This document shows positions 1 to 13,815 of a DNA stretch of 64,000 bases, in pieces. The first letter of the stretch is position 1. Every line of letters starts with the position of its first letter. The stretch comes from Podarcis melisellensis. Lineage: Eukaryota. The notes under the pieces are model-generated. The model was given only the letters and a program-made list of their open reading frames with translations, made no database searches and was not told the DNA's origin. The DNA lies in assembly GCA_964234715.1 (NCBI GenBank), contig OZ174280.1, one strand, 5' to 3'. The translations under genes were made by a program, and so were the position numbers.

Positions 1-1103
1 TTTAAGTGTGAAGTAGCAAAAAACTAAATGCCTTTTGTCACACAGCGAACTGTGAGGTGATACCATTGTTACTGAAGCCTGGACAGTGGGAAGAGGCTTT
101 GTAAAAAAGAATGTCTGTGAAATAACGATTTGGGAGGAAATAGCCTCTGAGCTGGAGCATCTATAAGGATCAGATGGAACATCAGCTCTGAAATGAAAGG
201 AAAAGCTTTCTGAAGATAGGTTTTATGATCAGCAAAAAGTACTGTGTGTGGTATCCTGAAGCCCTCATAGTCACTTGCTTCATTTTACCACATTGTTTGA
301 GTGCTTTGAGATTTAAATACCACTTTCTTCCCAGACAACCCCCTCCATGCACATGCTTCATCACCCCATGATATAGGATGTGCTGTAAGCCTCATTAAAT
401 GGCAATTTGCACAAGCAATAGGGGAGCTTGTATTCCAAGCAGAGTGATAGTGGGGGAAGGCCCCACATGGCCCATGTTAACAGTCCCACAGACAGCCGTC
501 AAACTCAATGTCTGCACCTCAGACATGTTACCTCGCAAGTATCTTGTGTACTTCTGGTTCACGTTTCTTGTTTCTCCCATAACCGCAGCCTTGGACTCAA
601 ACAGAAACCATACATTGCTCTCAAACATTGCTCTGTCTCTCTCTGTCTGTCTCCTATGCTGCTTTACCTCTAGGTCACATCACTGCCACTTTCAACTCTA
701 AACTCAAGCTTTGTCCTAACTATCTCTGAGTTTTGGGAGGGATCTCACACTGAACCCATTTCCTTTGTTTCCCAACAGCCAGGCTATCACCTCAACACAG
801 GAAACTAGCCTGGCTTATCTTTTAACACTTGCTGGATCCAGGGGCTTGAACGATCTCGCCTACAGCCTACTTCCCAACACAGCACCCCAACTCATAACAA
901 TATAGACCTTTTGCAGCTTCCACTTCTAATTTGGCACATGCCATTTTCTTTTGGATTTCTCTGTAGAGAAGTCTTCAAGGTTCCTCTAGACTTCGGTCCA
1001 ACAAAAATGTATTGAATCTCAGTTAACAGGGGAAGAGTGAATGCCTTTATACTGTAATCTGTATATAATGCCCAGAGCATGCAGATACCTAGACAAATAG
1101 ATA

Positions 1104-1150
1104 GTGTGTGTGTATACAGTATGTGTGTGTGTGTGTGTGTACGCGCGCAC
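1104..1150. repeat. Imperfect (TG)n alternating purine-pyrimidine microsatellite
   Basis: gtgtgtgtgtatacagtatgtgtgtgtgtgtgtgtgtacgcgcgcac read directly. Confidence 0.9.
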
Positions 1151-2049
1151 TCAACAGGCATATATTGTGGACATAATTTAAGGAACTTCTAAATTTCACT
1201 ATGAGATATTGTAAATTTTACCTTCTGGTAGCATTTGCTAATGTGAAAATCACCAGAATTATATTTAACCACTTTCTAATATATTTCCATCTTACTGATG
1301 CAGACACTGATTTACACCTTAGTTAATGTTTATCACTGTGCTAAGCTCAAATGCATCAGAGATGTTACACATTTTGTGGACTGGTTAAGTCAATAAGATT
1401 AAGCTAGTTTAGACACAGAAGTGGGAATGTGTTTATTTGCTCGGTTTATTTTTCTGTCAAGTGCCTACATTGCATCACTCTGAAAACTTGATATTATCAT
1501 TTTCACAGATACCACATGTCCTTAGCACTATTCAAGTATTATTGCTTCCTTGTAGAGCAAGGGTGGGTGGCAAGAGTGCCAACTTGGCCCCTTGAGCATG
1601 CATGGCCTTGGCATCAAAATTTGTGGGTGCCTGGCCCCTTCGTGGGGAATTTTGTGGGTGCGGGTCCCAGGGAGTTGGCACCGATGGTGGGAAGCCTCTG
1701 ATCCATGGGCCACATCTGGCACAGCACAGGCCCGAATTTGGTTGGTTAGACCACTTTATTCCAACATGTATTTATTTCAACAATTTGTATTCCACTTAAT
1801 CATAGTCATCTCTAAATATGTGATGTCGGTTGTAGGACAGGGAGAGATATGGCTAGATCAGCTGTGCAACCAGTTCCCCATGGGGACAGGATTACAAAGT
1901 TGATCCCTGCAGAAAGCAGATTGGCCAGTTCAATGCTTGGTGCCGGCAACCATAGTTTTGGCAAAGCCCCTTGCGCTGTGGTTCTCAAGTGCCCAACAAC
2001 CAGCTGGTTATCAGATACTTAGGAATCACTTCACAAAAGACTTTGATAG

Positions 2050-2355
2050 AAGCAGAAAAGCAACTAGAGAGGCAGCTGGACTGCAGAATGACAAGGGAGT
2101 TGAAAATGTGCTAAATAAGGATGGGGAGATGACAGAAAAACTGAATGACTTCTTTGCGCCTGCTTTCACTGTGGAAGATGTAAGACAGAAGACAGAGATA
2201 CCTGTGCCTGAACAGATTTTTTTCCTCGGAAGGCAGTCTGAAGCCTCTGAAGTAATAAGACAAGTAGCAGTGACAAGAGATGATTATTTAACTTTATTAA
2301 CAATTTCAAAAACAAGAAATCACCAGATCCAAATGGCACTGACCTAAAGTTTTTG
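2050..2355 (+). mobile_element. Decayed CR1 LINE ORF2 fragment (linker between endonuclease and RT)
   Basis: ORF 1937..2347 contains REAAGLQNDKGV...EKLNDFFAPAFTVEDV...IPVPEQIFFLG, matching the reptile CR1 motif EKLNEFFASVFT.ED. A frameshifted KSPDPNG matches KSPGPDG. Confidence 0.8.
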
Positions 2356-4378
2356 GGGGGAGGCACAAAAGAGATTCAGGATTACAAAGTGCAAAGTCCA
2401 GCACATACACTGCCCCGTCTCCTAAAATGTGCAGCTTTAAAACGTGGGATGAGGATGGGGAAATACCCCCCCCCAAAAAAACCCTTTCTTTTCTGGCAAC
2501 TGACCTAAAAGTGAATCAAAAGCAACTAGACAAACTCAATGTGCGTTGTTTTTCCTGATCAGTTGGTATCTCCAGCACAGAGGGGAAAACCAGGATTCCT
2601 GACTGCAATAGTTCTACTAATAACTCATAAAGCCTCTGAGTTCAAAAAAACACAGTGGGATAGATATGTCCTGTGTGTAGCCTTATGACTTATAAAAATA
2701 CAATTCCTTCACAACTCCCGTGGTTACCAAGGCAACCATTCTCTCCCCCACTTCCCAAGATAATGTTGGGATACTGAATATTTCACATCTCTAAATAATA
2801 AAAACCCTATGAGAGACAATCTCCTCACTCTTTCACTGGTCTCTCCAGCAACAAAGACTGCCAGAAGGAGGGGTTACTAGTTGCCTAGCACAAGGAAATT
2901 ATCTTCCAACAAAAACATCTGGATGGCATGCATCACAAAAGAGCTAGAATGTCCATGGAGACCCATCTCATGTTGGGGAATCTCCCCATTCCTAGAGGCT
3001 CTCCACCATTTTTGTTGCACTGAAATCTGCTCATTTCTTTTTCCTTGCTGAAGCTAAAAATGTTCAGAGATGTGTGTATTAAACCACCCTCAGGATATAT
3101 TTTCTTCATTCCTCATAGCAGCATAGAACTGTGAAAAATCTCGTTTCTTATGCATTTTTTATGTTCCCCGTTTTACAGAGTTCCATTATAGAGTTCCTAC
3201 GCCAAATTTCAGTCTTTCTTGTGCCACAGAGCAAGACAGGGGAGGAACAAGATATCTTATTGAATTAGTGTTCAGATCTCTGATATTATATCTGTAAAAT
3301 GGGTTGTTAAAGTATGGGAAAGTTGGTCTCAAGCTGTGGTAGGGGTGTGTGGAGATTAAGCAGATCCTGATTTCTATGTTTGTCTGTGTAAACGTAACCT
3401 CATTCAACCTAAGATACTTCCCAAACAGCACATTTTTGGCTCTAAACATTTCTGATCCTGATAGTCTTCTGATTAGCAGATTTTTTTTTGTAACAGAAAT
3501 GTTCAATTTCTTGGGTAAGGGTTCTTCACAGGAAGTGAGCTTTCACTAGTTGCTAACTGGATCTGAGGTGGGGGTTTTTCCTTTATTGTGGATGATGTTA
3601 AAAAAAAAAATTCCCCCCAAAATCAAAACCTTTGCCTGGGCAATAAAAATCTGCCACAATACCTTCCAAGAGCACCACTGATACTGCTAATTGCTTGATT
3701 AGCATCCCCATAACACACTTCAGCCATCATTTTGGAATGCAGCCATAGTATTTAAAGAATTATAAAATATGAAAGATAAAATGTAAAAAGTGTTTATTTT
3801 TGCTATTATTGCAGTGCATGCTTCTGGAGGATTCAGATCAGCATCAGTGGTTGTGAATGTGGAAAGTGCGGTTGGTGATTATTTTGGATGAATTAATCCA
3901 AACTTGTGGTCTAGTGCATCCCCTCTTGCATTGGGAAATGAATAGTTTTCTTATTCTCGGGCATTGCTGATCCCAGGGGCATTTCTGCATTTTTGAGACA
4001 CACTTTAGGTCAGAGATGGAGAATCTGTGATGTTCCAGATGTTGCTGTGCTATGGTTCCTATCACCCTGTTTGTTAACCATTCTGCCTGGAGCTTTTGGG
4101 AGACACGTGTGAGCTGGTTTTCTGTGGGTTCATCTCATAATGTTACCATAATGTTTAAAGGCCTATGTAATCAACCAAGTCATTATTGCCTGATTGTTGC
4201 CCCCATGCCACCCACAAACTGGACAGTTATTCTGTGGGAGGAATTGGAGCAACTGGTTGCACCCTTGTGGTAGTGAGGCTTTAAAAGTTACCCAAACTAT
4301 CCTTTGATTAAAAAATAATAATCAGGAAGTGGCTGGGCTCTTGACAAAGCAGGAGTCCATCATCTCTACATGTGATTA

Positions 4379-4604
4379 CAGTGGTACCTCGGGTTACATA
4401 CACTTCAGGTTACACACTCCGCTAACCCAGAAATAGTGCTTCAGGTTAAGAACTTTGCTTCAGGATAAGAACAGAAATCGGGCTCTGGCGATGCGGCAGC
4501 AGCAGGAGGCCCCATTAGCTAAAGTGGTGCTTCAGGTTAAGAACAGTTTCAGGTTAAGAACAGACCTCCGGAACGAATTAAGTACTTAACCTGAGGTACC
4601 ACTG
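4379..4604. mobile_element. Tc1/mariner (Tigger/pogo-type) non-autonomous MITE, family A
   Basis: TIRs CAGTGGTACCTC...GAGGTACCACTG; TA on both flanks; internal repeats of TTCAGGTTAAGAAC; homologous to 27644-27884 and 57090-57331 in the opposite orientation. Confidence 0.92.
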
Positions 4605-5338
4605 TATAAGGAAAGCATCATGCAAGAAAACAGTGCCTCCCTATAAAATTGTGACAAAATGAGCTTTTGTGCTGTGCTTCATGTGAGAAGGTAATACTTT
4701 TTCCTGTATGAAGGTTATCTTAGCATAGGGGAAATGTCACATATGAAAAGGCTCTGAAAAACAAACAAGCTCTCTGATTGTCATCTGGTTCTAAATAAGA
4801 CCTAAAAGAATCAAGCAACTCTGTCAATGCAGATTTAGGTTTTAATTATCCTTGAAAGCAGGTGAGACTAAGAAGACTCATGTGGCATAAATATGCTCCA
4901 GGCTCATGATCAAATAACAGAAGGGATTATAGCAGATGCACACACTTCTGCAGAACTGCACGTTGCTAATGTTCATTACCAGTGAGGGATAAAACCCTAA
5001 AGATTTGCAAAAGGAAGAGTATTTGGCTAATATCTGGGGCATTCGGCTCTCTCTAGGTATTTGTGTAGTTCTCATTGCTGCAGTGCTACAAAATCTGAAC
5101 ATCACATTATGCTTAACTTACTTTACTCACATAACCTCAATGTTGTGGTGGTGCCCAGTTTGCTATTTACAAATGGAGGAAGAGGGAGAACGAGTGCAAC
5201 CAAGAGAAATAGGGACTTTTGGTAAATACGATCGATCTCACACCAAAGCATACATCGATTCTCTCTGCTTGGGAAGCTTCTTACACTATGACCAGTTCAT
5301 TCAAGGCTATTATCAGTTTTGTCCTTGAGCCGCTAATT

Positions 5339-5462
5339 CAGAGGTGCCTAACTTGTTGCCCTCCAGATGTTGCTGGTCTACAACCTCCATTGTCCATTGA
5401 CCATGTTAGCTAGGGCAGATGGAACCAACAACATCTGGATGGCCAGATGTTCTCTACCCCTG
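5339..5462. mobile_element. ~125-bp palindromic hAT-type MITE (ccctccagatgttg...caacatctgga family)
   Basis: CAG..CTG ends and internal inverted repeat ccagatgttg/caacatctgg. Related copies lie near 4010, 25208, 27895-28100, 44188, 53123, 59020 and 62165. Confidence 0.7.
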
Positions 5463-6004
5463 CTCCAGAGGCTGATGTAGTGCCCGATAGGTAGGCAAGT
5501 TCTAATTTCGCATAGTGAATTTGATAACTGAAAATGGGAAGACCTGATAACTGCTCTGGGAAGCAGAAAGAGGGAGTCATCAAACAGCAATCATCTCTCT
5601 CTGACCTGACAGGATTCTGTCAGACTTTGTAGTCAACTGACCTCCTCAGAATCCTTATCAACTGCTTCCTTATTTTCCTCTCACACACGTTCAGCTAATG
5701 CTCTGTGTCAGAGGTTGGCATGCTGTTTACTTTCCTAAACATATATTAACCACTTTTGAGGGTCACACTATGCAACTGAACCATGTTTTCCCAGTTCAAG
5801 CAGAGCCTAAAAAAGAAAACCCTGCCCCCAAAATTGTCATAAAATTCTTTTCCAATGATTTTCACCTCACTAGATGTTGTTGGATAAAGGAAGCTGTAGA
5901 CTAAGAGTTGAATGTTGGAAGGATTTGGACCAAGTCCGCTGCATCCTTTAAAAGTATTAAATTAACAATAATTCAATACAAAATTCAGAGAAGGCAAAAT
6001 TGGG

Positions 6005-6100
6005 ATTTATTTATTTATTTATTTATTTATTTATACTGCCCTAAACCTGTAGAACTCAGGGTGGTTCACAACATAAATTTTACAATATAAAACACACAAA
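6005..6100 (-). mobile_element. LINE (L2-like) 3' tail with (ATTT)n microsatellite
   Basis: (attt)n followed by tactgccctaaac...ctcagggtggttcaca, the reverse complement of the tail type seen at 57050-57380. Confidence 0.6.
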
Positions 6101-6503
6101 ATTAATAGCAAAAACAACCACCACCACCCAATTACCCCCCCATTCACAACGTATTTAAAATAAGCCATTGGTGACTTGTTTTCCTTCAACTGAGCTAGAG
6201 ATTTCTGCAGCCCTGCCATTTGAGGACCATTTGTGACAACCCCCCAGCAAAGGCACACAGTTATCTTCCATTCTGCATGTTCCAATGAAGTATTCAGGGC
6301 TATTGTTCCCTAACTCCATGGGAGAAAATCCTTTCCACTTGAACTCCAGAGGAATAATATTCAGCATGTCTGCAGCATTCACCTCGCCATAGTGTGGAAG
6401 ACACCGGGCGGCTTGTTGGCTTGTTCAGTCTGCTGAACAGGTGCTGCTGGCTGTTGATGGACATATTCAAGGCTCCTGCTCTCCTTTATATTTAAACCAG
6501 ACT

Positions 6504-6613
6504 TAGGTTGAAGAGTCCACAAATGGAGGACACTTTCAAACAGAGAACTGTTTTTTGACAGCCCTTCAAAATAGAGGACTGTCATCTGTAAGATAGGACA
6601 GGTGGCCACCCTA
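6504..6613. mobile_element. Degenerate hAT-type MITE (TAGG...CCCTA ends)
   Basis: 3' end ggacaggtggccacccta and internal aaatagaggactgtc are typical of this MITE class; the 5' end is decayed. Confidence 0.45.
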
Positions 6614-7734
6614 GTTCTACATCATGAAGGGTGCCTGCATGGATAGAAAAAGCTCCCTGATTCAAAAGTGAACCCGCACCACAGGAGGGGCTAGGAGAAG
6701 CCACATGACCACAGAGACAGGATGAAACATGCAGCACTTCAACCCCTTTGTTATTCGTTTACCCAAGTAATGTGTGAAGAGGGTGAATATTAAAAGGTTT
6801 GGGCTTAACTACATCCCACATAGGTCTGAAAGCGCAAAGGGAGAGTTGCAGTCCATAGGGGTTTCATGAGCTATGCCATTCTGCCTTGGTGCTTTCCCCC
6901 AGATGACACATCTCTGACATACCAATGTCATTTGGCATCACAACAAGGTTAGGTTGGATCAGCAAGCTGTTCCCATCACTCTTGACTTTGCCCAGAAAGA
7001 TCTCATTGGCATCCCTTGTACCTGGTTCTTGACAATCTCTGTAACAGTCAGGGCTCATCAGCCGTCATTGTAATGCTAGGCTGTGCTTGCAGCAAGGTGG
7101 CTGGAGAGAGCACAAACAGAATAAATAGGACCCTTTGCTCCCTGATAGGTGACTGGAAGGGGAAGCCTTCTGGGGCTGCTTCCTACCACATCATCGGAAT
7201 TGGCACTATATAGCTTTTTGATGAGAGCCCTGATTGAATGCCCCCTCTCGATCATGTGTTTTTCCCAGATCAGGTTCAGCTGCAGAAGGACATGAAGGGA
7301 GAATTGAAGGTTCTCTAAACAAACAAAGCCACATTTCTCCCCTGATGCAAAAGGTGATCTCAGCATTGTGTTTTGAAATGGCTTTGCTCCCAGTGAATGC
7401 CAGCTTGATGTTTTCTGACAGCTATGACAGGCCTCAAACGAGACAATTAATATTTCACAGCTGCCAGGTTTAGACGGTGACAAGAGAAAAAGGAAAGGGG
7501 GAGGGCATTGAGTAGGAGAGCTTGCTTAAAACATGCAAACAAAAACAAAGGCAAAAGTAGTGAGTACTGAACTCATGAACAGGCAACTTGATTAATTGTT
7601 TTAAAGGAATTCTTGCTAACTTTAAAGGGGGGGGGTTATACTTGTCCTCATGTAACATGTTGCAGCTCTCATCTCTGTACTGAGAACTAGTGTGGTGAAG
7701 AGTGTGGGTGATAAATTGAAAAATGCCCGATTCC

Positions 7735-7900
7735 AGCGTGTTGTCATGGTTAGAGTGTTGCACTAGGACCTGGGAGGTTGAGATGCAGATCCCCACTCAG
7801 ACATGAAACTCAGTGGGTGGCCTTAATCAACTCACTGCTTTAATGATAGTCACAAAATGTCTCATGTCCAATGGACAGAACTAAAGGTGGGGATCAACAT
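7735..7900 (+). mobile_element. Old tRNA-derived SINE (MIR/Squam3-like head)
   Basis: tggttagagtgttgcactaggacctgggag...atccccactcagacatgaaactcagtgggtggcctt resembles a tRNA-derived SINE head plus core. Confidence 0.55.
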
Positions 7901-10900
7901 GCATACAGCTTAGTCTGAGCTCATTAAAAAAAACTGCGCCATCTGATAACTCGTAAATCAGAGTAAGAATTGACTGAGGTATAAAATATATATTTTGAGG
8001 TAGAGAAACTCAAGTCAATATCAGGGCCCATGACATTGAAAAGAGAAAATAATTTATGTTTGCTTACAGTAAGGAAAGATTGCAGACATGACATCATGGC
8101 ACCCTCCATCAAGAATGGACAGGTATGATGAATGTCATAAGAGACAAGAGTTTCACAAAATTGAATTGGTAGATGGAAGGGGAAAGAAGAGTGTGTGGGC
8201 TGGGGAAGTGAGGAAGGGAAAAGAAAACAAGGTATAGGAGACAATCAGACAAACTCATTTTTAGTAATGCTAGTAGAATCATCAGTTTTAGAAACAAACC
8301 ACATGCCATGAATTACCATTTCATCTCTGGGCTAGTTTTGTTACACATGAAGGTACAGGTTCTGGTCTTTTCATATTACAAATCTCTGATGACTGCTAAA
8401 TAGGGAATCCCATCAAGATAGATTGAAGGAAATATCTCTATTCATGCCTTGATTATGTTCCTCACTACACTGGCATGTCCTCTCCCATCCCTACTTTTTG
8501 GTTGGGAGTGAGGAGTTAAGCCAAAGGCCTCGAGGGAAGAATTCTTTTGGGAAGCTTTCATCTTTTGCTAGCTGTAATCTCTGAAGTCACCCCTAATTTC
8601 TATATTGTGGAACTCCTGCAATAATTTCCTTTCCATTCTTCTGCGCTATGTACAGATTTCAATATTTTTCCTCCCATCCCCCTGTGGTATTGAAACTCTT
8701 TCCCCATGGTGTCGTTTGGCATTATTCATATTTGGAATTTTCAGGAGAACAGTGAATTCCTAAAAACCTGCTGAACAACGAAAGCGTCAGGTTTACACAT
8801 TGTTCCAATAAAGCATAAGATCTTAGCAGCCTTGTAAATCTCCAGGGTTTCCATTGTATTGAAATGCTGACAGACTTTGTGGGCAGATTAATCCTGATCA
8901 CAGTTAACACTGGCACATACCACTCATCTACATAACTGATCAGAGATTATTATTATTTTAAAACTAAACACTGATTGTATGAATATATATACATATATAT
9001 GACAGCGGGCAGTGAATTATTAATGCTTTAGCTCTGATTTCCTAAATGTTAACCCTGCAATTTCAGTAGGTTTCGCACCCAAGAAAAGATCTTGCTGTCT
9101 TCTGTAATTTGCAAGCAATAACCTGAAAGGGGGACAAAAAGGTCAGAGACAATAGATTCACAAGAAGGGTATTTTTAAAGGTCATACAGAGTCCTTGCCT
9201 TGAACATGACGTTCTTGAATCCCAGCAATAGCAAAGGCTCCACTTTTGCCTTTCCCAAGACTGGAGTGGAACCTCCTTCTTCAGGCAAAGGCTACCATTC
9301 CCCAATAGCAGAAATTCTGGGTGCCTTGTAACTAACCGTCTTTCCCCCTTTCCAGAAACACATCCAAGTTTCTTCAGCCTTTCCTGATCTTCATAGTTTT
9401 CAAAGTAATTCAACAAGGCGCCACAAAACCATTATTTTAAAAGCCTGTTCTTTCCTAAGGAATTTAGAAGAATGTAAATAATGTTTTAGCCCAGAAATAA
9501 GGAACTGGATCCAGATGGTGCACCAGATCCTTATCCCATCATGCAAGGGGTTTAATGGGCTTCACTCCTAGGTAAATGTGCAAAAGACTGCAGCAGCATT
9601 AATGGTAAAATTAGAGGGCCATATGACTAAGGCTGAAATCCTAATCTCATTTACCTGGGAGTAAACACCTTTGAGTTCAATAGGACTTATTCCTCAGTAG
9701 GCATGGTAAGCATTGCACTATTAGTTGAATATCAACCTTTGTTCTGTTACTTTGTTATGACTTTTGCTTAAACAGCGGCTGACTATGGTTGCTCAGTGGT
9801 GAGATCAGAAGATGTATTTGAGACTGTTTAGTTTAAAAGTGAACTTTATCACACTGCACAAAAATGAACTGCTGCCAGTTCTGTTTTTACCATAGAAATC
9901 CCACTGATCAAATTTTAAAAGTTAGAGCATATATATCTGCCAGTATTTGAAAATCCAAGATAATTTTTGGCTCCTGCTGAAGCTGATTTTCCCCAATCTC
10001 CGTCTTGCATATCAGTCTTCTTTGCCAGAGAGAGAGAGAGAGAGAGGAATACGTAAGTCTCCTAATAGTGTTTTCATTTTTGAGTTGGACTAAATTGGTT
10101 TTTTGGGGTCCTCTCCAAGCTTGTGATTTTATAGCTATATGATTGCATTCTACAGAAGAATAACTCTAAGGAGGTAACCTGGATGGACAGGCTTGGCCTG
10201 GTAGATACACCTGAATTGAAATAATGGACCTTTGCCTTACAGAAGACTTGGTGAAATATAGGTGGTTAGTTGTCACAGAAACTAATAGTTGGAAAACCTC
10301 CTTGAAGGGGACATATCTTCTAAATCTTCTGGCTGTAGGTAATGTCATCAAGGTGTGTCCATATGAAAGAGAACAATAGATTGGTAGTCTTGGGAGTGGA
10401 GCTGGAAAGAGACAGATTTGCTTTATGTGCAAAACCGACAGCTATGGCTGTGCTATGCTCCTGTAGAAACTTAATGGAGAAGAAGTATCTGTTGGAATGT
10501 TAATGCTGTGAGCCTTCTGTCTTGATATATGTGTGAAGAAACCTTGTAACAGAGAAATGTCACCAAACTCTAGTGACTTCTGTTCCAAGGAAACCAAACC
10601 CCAAGGTACATGCAGGGACCTCTAAAACCCCTCATTGCTCAGAGGTCACAGAACATGTAACAATAGCCATGGTCAAATTAATTATTTTCCACCTTGAAAG
10701 GGTTGAGTCCATTGTTCTGTTTACCAGCCTTTCTTTTATTTGGCATTCTTGTTATATGATCAGCCTATTAGAAAAGGACAGAAGATAAAAGGCTGTATTC
10801 AGCCAAACTTTACCCAGAATAAACCTATTGGCATCAATAGCCATTAGTAACTTAGGTCCATTGGTTTTAATGGGTTTAATGTGCATAAAAATTATTGAAT

Positions 10901-10904
10901 ATAA

Positions 10905-11047
10905 CAGTGCTTTTTTCTGTGGGGAAGCAGAGGTACGCATCCCCCTAAACATTTTGTGAATCTAAGTTTGGCTTCATTGAGGGGCAGTATTTCAATATGA
11001 GTAGGAAAATGAGAGTACCCCTAAACATGTTTAGGGGGGGAGCACTG
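10905..11047. mobile_element. hAT MITE
   Basis: TIRs CAGTGCT...AGCACTG; flanking direct repeat (g)aatataa (7-8 bp TSD); internal repeat cccctaaacat. Confidence 0.8.
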
Positions 11048-11097
11048 AATATAACCCAGTTTTGCAGCACAGCTAACTGAAAGGGCCCTTGCTAGGG

Positions 11098-11688
11098 CAG
11101 AGGTTTTCAACCTTTTTGAGTCCACGGCTCCCTTGACCAGCTACATTCTTTCTGTGGCACCCCTATGGGACTCAGGAGCCCAGTTATGTCACCCCTTGCC
11201 TGCAGAGCTGGCAGCCTCTTACCCTTTTCAAACACCACCCCCTTGTGAAGTGTTCCCTCAGCCTCCTCTCCTCTCTGCTCTCCTTGGGAGTCCTCCAGGT
11301 AGCTGCTGCTGCCATCCCTGGTCTCTGAGCTGCCCTCCCCCCCTGCCCCACAGGGCCCTAGGACTTGTCTGTCCATTCCCAACAGCAAGGACTGGTGGAC
11401 TAGCTGGCTTGGCTGCCTCACCCCCTTGCTTGCTTACTCTGAGGCCCCCTCAGCTCTTGGCGACCAGCACCCCCTGACCAGCCCCAGGGGCATCATTCGC
11501 CTGTGGAGCTTGTAGCCAGGGCCTCTGCAACAAACAGCGGTGTGCAAGCCTTTGAGAGGCAGAGATGCAAGAGGGCATCAGAGAAGGGAGGGAAGGAAAG
11601 AGGGACAGAGGCCATTGTTGCCTGTGTGATCCCTGACCATCCTTCAAGGAACCCCAGGGTGCCGTGACACACTGGTTGAAAACCACTA
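11098..11688. mobile_element. ~590-bp non-autonomous hAT (Charlie-like) element
   Basis: TIRs CAGAGGTTTTCAACC / GGTTGAAAACCACTA; flanks tgctaggg and cactaggt (decayed 8-bp TSD with central CTAG); second copy at 13533. Confidence 0.8.
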
Positions 11689-12941
11689 CACTAGGTAGCT
11701 CCCTGACATGAAACTGGTCCTGCAGCCAAGGGGGTGGAGGAAAGGGCTTTGATTCATAGTGCTTTGCATTCAAGCTCCTTCCTCAGGCAAGAGAGAGAAA
11801 ATGCTCTATTTGAATGCCATAATCCTATGGATACTCACCTGGGAATAAAATCCATTGAAAATTGTGGACATTATTTCTGAGTAAACATGCATAGTAGGAC
11901 TGCACTGTAAAAGTGATCTAGTTTTAACCATTAATTTTTTTTTGTTTGCATCTATGCAAGAAAGAAGAGGAATATTTTGATGGGTTGGATTACTGGCTTT
12001 TAATGGACTGAGTTGAACCGGGAATTTATTATTCTAATGTGTGCTATTTGGCTGAATAACAGCAATGATAATTTTCTTTACACCTTATTCATCTATTCAT
12101 TTCAAAAGCTATTGACAATGTTGTTGCAAGCTGTTCAAAATGTTTCTTGTGGCTTCCAGTTTTAAAATGAACTATTTGACAAGAGTGGAGTTGTCCAAGT
12201 TTGTATCCTAGCATGCCATGTTCAATTTAAAACAGCAAACCTATTATACCTTCTTCAGTTTGGAACAGAACATTTAATTGCCCTCTTGATTTTGTTTTTA
12301 TCTGATTTGGGAAGTTTGATTTTATTTCCCAAGCTTGCAAGACTGTGCAGTCTTAATTTAATTTGCTTTCACTTTTTACTAAGGAGAGATCTCAGCATTC
12401 CCCCCTGACCCCAGATTCAACTGCAAAGTAGTTGATCCATTGTGTGCTTCAGCCAGTGGGGAAGAGAGAAGTAAGGAGATGAATGGAAGTAGCCAGGGCA
12501 GTGTGTGCACAAGCAGCTGCTGCAGAGAGTTCTGCCACAGTCTTCTTATTCCTTGCTTGCTATTAACATTTCTTATTGAATTTACTGGAAGCCAGAATCA
12601 CATGCCGGATATAGGGATGGCTTCCTTCCTTCTGTTCTTTCTTTCTCTAAATATGGAAGCATATAACTTTAGTACCCTTTGTTTCTTCTGGTATTAAAAT
12701 TTGCTGCCCTTCTAGGCTACCTTTTGACATTTCACTCTTCTGTATCTTTTGAAGGTGAGAGAGCCCTTTTCTCCTTCTGCTTCCAAGAGTTTGTGATGTG
12801 CAAAACAGAAAATCCCCTGACATCTAGGATAGTCCTAGTTGTCAATATGCTGCACACCCTGCTCCATCTTAAGTTCTCATCCCCAGTAGCAATAGTACTC
12901 TGATCTTTGTGCAACAAATAAACAGCCTAATAGCAGCAATA

Positions 12942-13309
12942 GGGACGTGGGTGGCGCTGTGGGTAAAATCTCAGTGCCTAGGACTTGCCGATTGCATGGT
13001 CGGTGGTTCGAATCCCCGCGGTGGGGTGAGCTCCCGTCGTTCGGTCCCAGCTCCTGCCCACCTAGCAGTTCGAAAGCACCCTTAAGTGCAAGTAGATAAA
13101 TAGGTAACGCTTTATAGCGGGAAGGTAAACGGCGTTTCCGTGTGCTGTTCTGGTGCCGGTTCGCCGGAGCAGCCTCGTCACGCTGGCCACGTGACCCGGA
13201 AGTGTCTGCGGACAGCGCTGGCTCCCGGCCTCTAGAGTGAGATGAGCGCACAACCCTAGAGTCTGTCAAGACTGGCCCGTATGGGCAGGGGTACCTTTAC
13301 CTTTACCTT
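12942..13309 (+). mobile_element. Full-length Sauria SINE
   Basis: GGGACGTGGGTGGCGCTGTGG head, B box GGTTCGAATCC, (ACCTTT)n tail, 12-bp TSD taatagcagcaa (12928-12939 / 13310-13321). Confidence 0.95.
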
Positions 13310-13355
13310 TAATAGCAGCAAAGCATATTAATCATTTTTTCTGATTCAGTGTACG

Positions 13356-13410
13356 AATCATAGAATCATAGAGTTAGAAGGGTGCCTAAGGGTCATAGAT
13401 GCCAACCGAG
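13356..13410 (-). mobile_element. CR1-type 3' tail fragment
   Basis: gaatcatagaatcataga is the reverse complement of the CR1 terminal octamer repeat (attctatg)n. Confidence 0.65.
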
Positions 13411-13532
13411 GTCCCTTGGGAGCACCCAATAAAATATTTTAGGGGGCTGTCATTTGATATTTCCCCATGCGCTTTGAATTCCTTGGAGCAGGGGTGGATT
13501 AACCATTAAGCAAAACAAGCATGTGCTTAGAG

Positions 13533-13815
13533 CAGAGGCTTTTGACCTTTTTGAGTCCACAGCTCCCTTGACCAACTACATTCTTTCTGCAGCACCCCTG
13601 TGGGGCTCAGGGGCACAGTTATGCCACCCGTTGCCTACAGAGCTGGCAGCATCACCCTTTTTCGAATACCCTCCCTTGTGGGGTGTTCCCTCAGCCTCCT
13701 CTCCCCTCCCCTTCTCTTCGGAATCCTCTGGGCAGCAGCCACCACTGCCCCGGCCTCTGAGCTGTGCCACCTGCCCCAAAGAGAGGTGCCTGCTCACACT
13801 GCCCCACAGGGGTCT
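13533..13815. mobile_element. Partial second copy of the 11098-11688 hAT element
   Basis: acctttttgagtccacagctcccttgaccaactacattctttctg aligns with 11109 onward; the right TIR was not found. Confidence 0.75.

Noticed and set aside
3179-3514. Acceptor and donor pair with nearby ORFs
   Set aside because: Stops occur in all three + frames, and the minus-strand ORF is not recognisable
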